From a virus, in IMG/VR virus record IMGVR_UViG_3300045988_088152, positions 1 to 64,000 of that record: a stretch of DNA of 64,000 nucleotides; one strand, written 5' to 3'. Every line of letters begins with the position of its first letter. Position 1 is the first letter of the stretch. The translations under genes and the position numbers were made by a program. Under the pieces are notes generated by a model, which ran no database searches, was not told the DNA's origin, and saw nothing but the letters and a program-made list of their open reading frames with translations. This document shows, in pieces, positions 58,224 through 64,000 of this stretch.

Positions 58224-58403
58224 ATGAAAGTTACTTATTTGTTGACGTGGGTAAACGAAAAAGAAACGGGGCGCGGGGATATGGGCGAACAGTGGCTAGA
58301 TTGCGACTATGAAACGGCTTGTCAGCTTGCTAAAATGTTCGCAAATGCAAGCGCCGGAAAAGCGTATGTTCGTATCATTCCCGCAAATGAAATTGCATAT
58401 TGA
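58224..58403 (+). CDS. hypothetical 59-aa protein (GC-rich island)
   Basis: Not in the ORF track (under 60 aa). AAGAGG ribosome-binding site. The protein is MKVTYLLTWVNEKETGRGD..IPANEIAY. Confidence 0.4.
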   Translation: MKVTYLLTWVNEKETGRGDMGEQWLDCDYETACQLAKMFANASAGKAYVRIIPANEIAY

Positions 58404-58543
58404 AAAAGGAGCGTAAAAATGAAAAAGAAAAACGCCGCTTAAATCCCGTTTACTGGGCATTTCAATTTTTAGGTTGTATGGTAGCAATTTCCAGCTTGTT
58501 CTGGATTCCATATCTTGTCAATATGATTTTAGGGGGTTGAATT

Positions 58544-58750
58544 ATGCACACTGTAAAATTTTGGGATAGTAAATTATACCGGCTTCAAAAATTAGCAGAT
58601 TCTATCAACTACCATATTGACAGCGATAAAGACTATTTACAAATTTGTAAATTATTGCCAGCGTCAAGAAGCAAACCCGCACCGGTCGAGATTCTACCAC
58701 TTTTTTACAATGTGGTCGAACGGGTGCAAAGTGTAAAAAATTGTAAATAA
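58544..58750 (+). CDS. hypothetical protein (GC-rich island)
   Basis: AGGGGG ribosome-binding site. Confidence 0.45.
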   Translation: MHTVKFWDSKLYRLQKLADSINYHIDSDKDYLQICKLLPASRSKPAPVEILPLFYNVVERVQSVKNCK

Positions 58751-58766
58751 TAGGGAGGATTTTACC

Positions 58767-58952
58767 ATGGAAAAAACTAGAAAAATTCGTTGTTATGTCA
58801 ATGGGGAATATTGCTTTACTACTACAAAATTTTCTAGTCAAAAAGCATTAAAAAATTATTTAAGAAGCGTAAAGCATGTTGAAATTGCGTCAATTCCTAT
58901 GAAATATGTTACAATTTACGACTATGACAAATTGACTTTTGAATACGTCTAA
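58767..58952 (+). CDS. hypothetical protein (GC-rich island)
   Basis: AGGGAGGATTTTACC-ATG. Confidence 0.45.
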   Translation: MEKTRKIRCYVNGEYCFTTTKFSSQKALKNYLRSVKHVEIASIPMKYVTIYDYDKLTFEYV

Positions 58953-58971
58953 ACAGGGGGAGGATTTTACA

Positions 58972-59292
58972 ATGTTATTTTATGGAAAATATGAGAATGG
59001 CAAGCGTTATATCTGCGCGTATGACGAAGAAAAGCACGGATCCCCGCGCGTCGTGTCGGACAGCTGGACATTTTTATATCACAACTCTGTTATTGTAAAC
59101 CGCGTATATAAAACAGAACGGGAAGCAATGGCGGGAACTTGGGGAAAATATAGTAATAAATCTGTTATCATGCCAGACGGAACAGAGACGACGCCCGCGC
59201 GTTATTTTGGGACGGAAGATATAAACGACGTGTTTATTCCATGGTATGACGGGTTATTTCCATTTTTTACAAATCCGGTTAGACGGCTCTAA
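58972..59292 (+). CDS. hypothetical protein (GC-rich island)
   Basis: GGGGGAGGATTTTACA-ATG at 58972. Confidence 0.45.
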   Translation: MLFYGKYENGKRYICAYDEEKHGSPRVVSDSWTFLYHNSVIVNRVYKTEREAMAGTWGKYSNKSVIMPDGTETTPARYFGTEDINDVFIPWYDGLFPFFTNPVRRL

Positions 59293-59386
59293 CTACCATA
59301 TTTTTCCACCATTCTTTGATCAAACGAAGTGAAAAATCGACGGGTCGAGCGGGCATAGACACGAATGCACCTTACAATTTTTTACA

Positions 59387-59520
59387 TTTTTCCCAGTAAT
59401 ATATAGTATGTATAATGGCTCGGCGGCGAAAAATCGAGCTGGATTTTCTCATGTGCGCGTGTGCGGATTAGGTTAAGCGAATTTTCCCCAGTAATATATG
59501 CCTATATACAATCGCGGCGG
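59387..59520 (+). repeat. two tandem ~45-nt units, each followed by GC-rich sequence
   Basis: The units are 95 nt apart, at 59387-59404 and 59482-59499: TTTTCCC(C)AGTAATATAT-N-TATA(A/C)AAT-..CGGCGGCG. Confidence 0.6.
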
Positions 59521-59653
59521 CGGCAATGCGGCTCAGGACAGGCGTGGCGGCTCGAATCAGCTGCGAGTATATCTTGCCTAGGGTAAATGTAAACGTGACT
59601 GAGATTGGCACAGACTGCGCGACACGGATATGATACAATCTGTGCTTACAGCT

Positions 59654-60069
59654 TGCGTATCTTATATCATATAGACAAATTGATAACTGACAACCGCACA
59701 TTATTTTACTACAGAAAAATGTGTGAATGTACAAAAATCTCCCACAGAAAATGTGATGATGTAAGTGAATATTCATATGAAAAAATGTGAATGATGTTGA
59801 CTTTGATGCTAATATGTCTATTGATATGTGTATGAAAGTAATGTTTCTATTTATAGACACAAATCTGCGTATTGTTTATAAATATATCTATCTACATCAT
59901 GCGTATTGTTATTTATATCATTTATGTGCATGATGATGTAGATGTATCTGCATATGAATATGTAAATGTATATGCAGATGATAATGGATGTGTATATAGA
60001 TATCTATATATGCACAAGCTGGAAAATGAAGAATGACTTTCGAGATTGTAGATATGTGCGGAAAATGAA
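59654..60069. repeat. several families of short direct repeats in non-coding DNA upstream of an early promoter
   Basis: TGCGTAT(T/C).T..TATATCA occurs 3 times (59654, 59866, 59900). GAAAA(A)ATGTG.(.)GATGT occurs 3 times (59714, 59747, 59779). GGAAAATGAA occurs twice (60021, 60060). Confidence 0.6.
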
Positions 60070-60124
60070 ATTCTAAAATCAGGATTGATATTTACAATCG
60101 TGGAATGAAAATTGAAATTCGTAC

Positions 60125-60153
60125 TTGACAAATAGAATCAAATGTGGTATATA
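60125..60153 (+). promoter_or_regulatory. sigmaA-type promoter TTGACA-17-TATATA, flanked by GAAT(T)GAAAATTGAAA direct repeats
   Basis: aCTTGACAAATAG..TGgTATATA. The flanking repeats are at 60103-60117 and 60169-60184. Confidence 0.55.
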
Positions 60154-60198
60154 CATATACAGAGGCGTGAATTGAAAATTGAAAAAGGAGAATCGATA

Positions 60199-60936
60199 AT
60201 GAAAAATGAAATTCGATATATGATTGCAGGAATTGGATTGGCATTAGTTGGGCTTGCTGCTTGTGGCGGATTTGTCTATACGCAAATTCAAGAATACAAT
60301 TCAATGATGGAGCAACGAGCCGTAGAGTCTAAGCCGGTTGTCAAATGGATTAAATGTGAGCCGATTGAGACAACCAAAATTGAATATCAGAAAGATGATG
60401 ATGTAGTCATTATAGAGACTATAAAAACCGATATCGAACCAGAGCCTCAGACTGAAGAACAGGAATCAGAATCTACTATTGCATATGAGCCGCCATTTCA
60501 TCTTACTGAATATGAAACATGGTTTGTTAACTGTGTGGTGGCCGGTGAAGCCGCTGGTGAACCATATGAAGGCAAAGTAGCTGTTGCTCAGTGCTATTTT
60601 GATGCTATGCTCAAGGACGGCTTGTCTGCTATAGAAGTAAAATCGGCATATGGATATAGCGGTTGGAATGAAAATCTGGATAAGCAAGACCCCAAAGCAT
60701 ATGATGAAGTTAAAAATGCTGTGATGGACGTGTTCTATGGCGGCAAATTTGTAACCGATAAGCCGATTCTATATTTCTACAATCCTGCATATGGTCGTAG
60801 TGATTGGCATGAAGCTCAGGAATATTGGGAAAGCATCGCTAATCATAAGTTCTTTTATCTTGCTGAAGATGAAAATGCAGAATGGACAAATATCCTCTTG
60901 ACAAAGGTAAACGAATATGGTATAATTGAACCGTAG
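60199..60936 (+). CDS. SleB/CwlJ-family cell-wall hydrolase with a lipoprotein-type signal peptide
   Basis: ATG follows an AAGGAGA ribosome-binding site. The signal peptide is MIAGIGLALVGLAAC|GG (lipobox). The hydrolase motif VVAGEAAGEPYEGKVAVAQ is present. Confidence 0.6.
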   Translation: MKNEIRYMIAGIGLALVGLAACGGFVYTQIQEYNSMMEQRAVESKPVVKWIKCEPIETTKIEYQKDDDVVIIETIKTDIEPEPQTEEQESESTIAYEPPFHLTEYETWFVNCVVAGEAAGEPYEGKVAVAQCYFDAMLKDGLSAIEVKSAYGYSGWNENLDKQDPKAYDEVKNAVMDVFYGGKFVTDKPILYFYNPAYGRSDWHEAQEYWESIANHKFFYLAEDENAEWTNILLTKVNEYGIIEP

Positions 60937-60946
60937 GTGATAATAT

Positions 60947-61522
60947 ATGTATGTACTTTATAACCAAAAATACTATCTCATGCAGAATGCAATTAAGCAA
61001 TTTGTTCCAACGCCCGAATTAAACGAGTCGTTTCAATTCATCGATAAAACCAAAGCCGAAAATGCGCTTGCTAATCTACCAAAGCAAATGCGCAATCTGG
61101 GTTATTTTGTGCAACAAATTGATGCACCATCTAAATCCGTCGATTTCGACCAGTTTACAAATGTAGAGCTAGTTGATTATGATTCAGCATTAGAGCAAAT
61201 TGGCTCATTCTGCGATCTACACGACCATCTTGTAGCAAGAGCGCCATGGATAGATAATAAATTGACCGAGGTAGAGAATAAAATTCAAGACGTGCTTCAT
61301 GCCATTGAATTTAATTCATATAATGCTAGAGATGGATATAAGATATATAAGTTGCTACATGATTTACGGCTCGAACGGCGCAAATATAAAGATGAGCAAA
61401 TTATAGCGGATGTGATGAAAAGTGGTTTTGCTGGTTCAAATTGGGAATTGGCTAGGACTAGAGTAGACGATTTGAAAGATAGACAATATCATGTTAGAGA
61501 AATGGAGGAGCTGTTTGAATGA
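60947..61522 (+). CDS. hypothetical protein
   Basis: ORF within the operon. Confidence 0.45.
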   Translation: MYVLYNQKYYLMQNAIKQFVPTPELNESFQFIDKTKAENALANLPKQMRNLGYFVQQIDAPSKSVDFDQFTNVELVDYDSALEQIGSFCDLHDHLVARAPWIDNKLTEVENKIQDVLHAIEFNSYNARDGYKIYKLLHDLRLERRKYKDEQIIADVMKSGFAGSNWELARTRVDDLKDRQYHVREMEELFE

Positions 61523-61740
61523 GTAAGTATAGACCGGGAACTTTAGAGTATATTCGTTGGGAATGTAATTGGATGGTTGAGCATCTTACTTATAGGTCAA
61601 GTCATGCAATCGATGAGCTTGAAAGAGTTAGAGCGAAAATGGCACTTGAAGAATACAAAAAGATTGTATCGGCTTGTGATAAGCTAATTGGATTGAGAAC
61701 AAACGATGGATTTATGGGATGCTATAGAGATAACGAATAA
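61519..61740 (+). CDS. hypothetical protein
   Basis: Start is ATGA-coupled to the upstream gene. Confidence 0.45.
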   Translation: MSKYRPGTLEYIRWECNWMVEHLTYRSSHAIDELERVRAKMALEEYKKIVSACDKLIGLRTNDGFMGCYRDNE

Positions 61741-61753
61741 AGGAGCTACTTAA

Positions 61754-62176
61754 ATGATTGAAACAAGAATTTATAAATGTGAATATTGCGGCGCAGAATT
61801 TGATGATGAGTATGAGGCGCATTGCCATGAGTATGTGTGTCAGTATGAAGATGTAAAGAAGTATAAAGGAAGTTGTCTTGCCTTTTACAATGATGACGGT
61901 GAAAGAATCAAATTTAATGCACAGACTGTATATGATGAACTAGGTAATGTAGCTGCATTTACAGTTGGTAATGATGACGATGTAAAATTTATTATTGGAT
62001 TGCTTGGTTGGGCTGGATATGATAATCCATTTAGACTTATTGAAGATGAGGCGAATCCAAACTACTATGGTCTGTGGTGGTTTGATGCTGATTTGCATTG
62101 TGGTGAATGGGTGCGAGTTGATGACCAGATTAAAAAGTGGACGGATATTAAAAATAAATTTGAAAAAGATACTTGA
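61754..62176 (+). CDS. hypothetical protein with an N-terminal C2HC zinc knuckle
   Basis: It has CEYCG..HCHEYVC and an AAGGAG ribosome-binding site. Confidence 0.45.
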   Translation: MIETRIYKCEYCGAEFDDEYEAHCHEYVCQYEDVKKYKGSCLAFYNDDGERIKFNAQTVYDELGNVAAFTVGNDDDVKFIIGLLGWAGYDNPFRLIEDEANPNYYGLWWFDADLHCGEWVRVDDQIKKWTDIKNKFEKDT

Positions 62177-62201
62177 CAAATTAAATTCTATATGGTATAA
62201 T
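62173..62201 (+). promoter_or_regulatory. sigmaA-type promoter TTGACA-17-TATAAT (extended -10 TGG)
   Basis: aCTTGACAAATT..aTGgTATAAT. Confidence 0.6.
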
Positions 62202-62232
62202 CCAATTATCAAATGAATGGAGGCAATAAGAT

Positions 62233-62574
62233 ATGGGGTTAGATATTAGAATTTATCAAATGAGGCCAGTTTGTTGTCCTCATTGTGGTGAATTGGTTAC
62301 ATATAAGGTGGTTGATGCCGTTGACGGCTCTGGTAGCGTATGGTACGAATTTCTTGCATCGGTTGGCTACTATAAGCCATATATAAAAGGGCAACAATAT
62401 AATCAAGATATGTATGGTATGGACATGACGTTGACCAATGAACAGGTGAACGAGTTGTCTAAATTTGTGGATAAGACAGAGTTAAAGGACTGGTATTATA
62501 TTACAGAGGTTAAAGACTTGATACAATCGGTTCGTATTGATGGCGATAAAATTGTAATCAATGCAGATTGGTGA
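62233..62574 (+). CDS. hypothetical protein with a CPHCG zinc-ribbon start
   Basis: GGAGG ribosome-binding site. Confidence 0.45.
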   Translation: MGLDIRIYQMRPVCCPHCGELVTYKVVDAVDGSGSVWYEFLASVGYYKPYIKGQQYNQDMYGMDMTLTNEQVNELSKFVDKTELKDWYYITEVKDLIQSVRIDGDKIVINADW

Positions 62575-62590
62575 GGATGAGGATTAGCAT

Positions 62591-62746
62591 ATGCTTAACA
62601 CCTATTTTAAAATTGGCGATTTCATTTGCCATGTTGACTGCTATGATAGAGAAACTGGACTATGGGGATATAGATGTGATGAAATCCCAATTCTCAATGG
62701 TTGGGCTTGTGAAAAATTTATTGAAATGAATAAAATTTGTTCTTGA
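62591..62746 (+). CDS. hypothetical 51-aa Cys-rich protein
   Basis: Not in the ORF track. GAGGATGAGGA ribosome-binding region. The protein is MLNTYFKIGDFICHVDCYDRETGLWGYRCDE... Confidence 0.35.
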   Translation: MLNTYFKIGDFICHVDCYDRETGLWGYRCDEIPILNGWACEKFIEMNKICS

Positions 62747-62771
62747 CAAATAGCTAATTGTGTGATATAAT
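62743..62771 (+). promoter_or_regulatory. sigmaA-type promoter TTGACA-17-TATAAT (extended -10)
   Basis: tCTTGACAAATAGctaattgtgTGaTATAAT. Confidence 0.6.
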
Positions 62772-62802
62772 ATAATTACCAAATGAAAGGATAGTAAATA
62801 TT

Positions 62803-63006
62803 ATGGACAAGAAATTGGTTAAGTTCATAGAAAGTGCATACGAGACGGCATTATTGTGTAACGACAAAACTGACGCAAAGTTTTATATGCATCAAAGTCT
62901 TGGAGCTTGCTGTTACGAATATGAGCGATCTGGGGATATGGATGCAATCAATATCTGGCGTGATGAATGGCGAGAAAAATTTGAAAAAATAATTCTTGAC
63001 AAATAG
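62803..63006 (+). CDS. hypothetical protein
   Basis: AAAGGA ribosome-binding site. It stops at a TAG that lies inside the next promoter. Confidence 0.45.
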   Translation: MDKKLVKFIESAYETALLCNDKTDAKFYMHQSLGACCYEYERSGDMDAINIWRDEWREKFEKIILDK

Positions 63007-63024
63007 TACCTCTTATGGTATAAT
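62996..63024 (+). promoter_or_regulatory. sigmaA-type promoter TTGACA-17-TATAAT driving the tRNA-like/leader transcript
   Basis: tCTTGACAAATAGtacctcttaTGgTATAAT. Confidence 0.6.
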
Positions 63025-63124
63025 ACAGATGTGGTTGAGAGATTGGGCAACCTCAATTACAGTTCTTCATTGTGAACCTCCTAGAATATAGTCCTGAGCA
63101 TGACGATAAAAGGCTCAGCAAAAA

Positions 63125-63217
63125 TGGCGGTGTCGGTTAATGGTAAGCCAGCTGGCCTATACCCAGTTTAGTCCTAGATTGGGGCAAAATCAGAGTTCGA
63201 CCCTCTGCGCCGCTACC
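63125..63217 (+). tRNA. class-II (long variable arm) tRNA-like gene with encoded CCA and an atypical anticodon loop CCUAUAC
   Basis: Acceptor stem GGCGGUG/CGCCGCU. D arm GGUU-AAUGGUA-AGCC. Anticodon stem GCUGG/CCAGU. A 23-nt variable region contains a GUCC/GGGC stem. T arm CAGAG-UUCGACC-CUCUG. It ends A73 then CCA. Confidence 0.6.
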
Positions 63218-63436
63218 AAGGTGATCGCAGTTAAAGCAATTTCAGTTAACACCTAAACAAACAGTTGAAATTGCGGGTTATGATTGTATGAGCCAAAAAT
63301 CAATTCGTTCAGAAATCAATCGTTAACTGACCACAATTCACCTATGAGTGTATAAAGTAGGGACCAAATTTTAAGGAAACCGTTTATAAGGCACTAGATA
63401 GTAATAAACGGAACCAATTATCAATGAGGTGATAAT

Positions 63437-63775
63437 ATGCGACTGTATTTTGATATTGATGACAACTGGTACGAAGGATATGATTCCTATGATTTTAAGC
63501 AAGACGTTAGAAATGGCATAGTGAAATCAATAACAAAAAATCTATTAACAGAAGGCAAATATAGCTTAACAGAAGAAGAAGCGCGTCAGATTGTTGAAGA
63601 AAACAAAGCTGAGATTATCGATAAGGTTGTACAGAAGGTGAGCGACGTAATTCTCAAGAAGCAAGAAATCAAATCGCTTGCGCCATCTTTTTCAGAGTTG
63701 AAAAATGCAGATGCTCAAGTGGTAAAGTATTTTGAAGAAATGGTCGATAAGGCGATTGCCAAGAGGTTTAAGTAA
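63437..63775 (+). CDS. hypothetical protein
   Basis: GAGGTGA ribosome-binding site. Confidence 0.45.
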   Translation: MRLYFDIDDNWYEGYDSYDFKQDVRNGIVKSITKNLLTEGKYSLTEEEARQIVEENKAEIIDKVVQKVSDVILKKQEIKSLAPSFSELKNADAQVVKYFEEMVDKAIAKRFK

Positions 63776-63776
63776 T

Positions 63777-64000
63777 ATGGAAAAATCTCCACTAAGAGCC
63801 ATAAGACAACACTGCTTGGAATGTAGCTGCGGTTCAGCTTATGAAGTAAAGAATTGTGTTATCCATGATTGTAATCTATATCCGTTTCGCCTAGGCAACA
63901 ATCCGTTTCGTACCCGCTCAATGACCGATGAACAGAAACAAGCTGCGACAGAACGGCTCAAATCAGCTCGTTTGGCAAAGAAATCATTGATTAATAATGA
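63777..64000 (+). CDS. small Cys-rich protein (IRxxCLECxxxxxxEVxxCxxxxCxLYPFRLG type), 3' end beyond the window
   Basis: ATG 63777 lies directly after the upstream TAA. The protein begins MEKSPLRAIRQHCLECSCGSAYEVKNCVIHDCNLYPFRLG.., and the frame stays open to the window end. Confidence 0.5.
   Translation, partial: MEKSPLRAIRQHCLECSCGSAYEVKNCVIHDCNLYPFRLGNNPFRTRSMTDEQKQAATERLKSARLAKKSLINN

Noticed and set aside
56640-60100. CRISPR array.
   Set aside because: The repeats are only 7-20 nt, irregularly spaced and of several unrelated families. There are no uniform 25-40 nt repeats with unique spacers and no cas genes.
59468-60304. Minus-strand ORFs 59468-59860, 59922-60131 and 60092-60304 as genes.
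   Set aside because: Their translations are low-complexity (His/Ile/Cys/Tyr runs) and arise from AT-rich repeats. They have no ribosome-binding sites and overlap the repeat arrays and the promoter at 60125.
63025-63436. tmRNA (ssrA-like) gene.
   Set aside because: The acceptor 5' and 3' halves, D arm, anticodon arm and T arm are contiguous within 93 nt. There is no internal tag-ORF or pseudoknot domain between the halves.
1-64000. Genome-wide TAG reassignment (alternative genetic code) as the explanation for the terL amber codon.
   Set aside because: TAG terminates several well-delimited genes here (9436, 9764 followed by TAA, 28696 abutting the ruvC start, 46788, 60936, 63006). The long late ORFs are not fragmented. 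Only a local event in terL is supported.

Overview
This window is an AT-rich, gene-dense tailed-phage or prophage genome segment, siphovirus-like and Firmicutes-style (GGAGG ribosome-binding sites, frequent TTG starts, sigmaA-type promoters). It splits into five blocks. (1) 1-9.8 kb, + strand: replication and nucleotide metabolism (Dam-like methyltransferase, intein-containing RecD/Dda-like helicase, class II RNR NrdJ, HNH endonuclease, divergent ThyX-like protein, dUTPase). (2) 9.8-50.1 kb, - strand: a middle/late module running from high to low coordinates. It contains a GIY-YIG endonuclease, a YonO-like single-subunit RNA polymerase, two HU-like proteins, a metallophosphoesterase, an ~0.8 kb structured non-coding region, terminase, portal, head genes, major tail protein, RuvC, a split tape-measure gene, several tail-fibre cassettes and a lysis cassette. 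(3) 50.4-54.9 kb, + strand: early genes (DUF4041/T5orf172, DUF1599-like, dCMP deaminase, Lar-like). (4) 56.1-60.1 kb: a GC-richer island of small genes flanked by two repeat-rich non-coding regions. (5) 60.1-64 kb, + strand: small early genes behind near-consensus promoters, plus an atypical class-II tRNA-like gene. The most unusual observations are an in-frame TAG in terL, a tape-measure gene interrupted by a 0.6 kb intervening sequence, the odd tRNA, the large structured non-coding regions, and the YonO/HU synteny. All functional calls come from motif recognition by eye; no database search was run.
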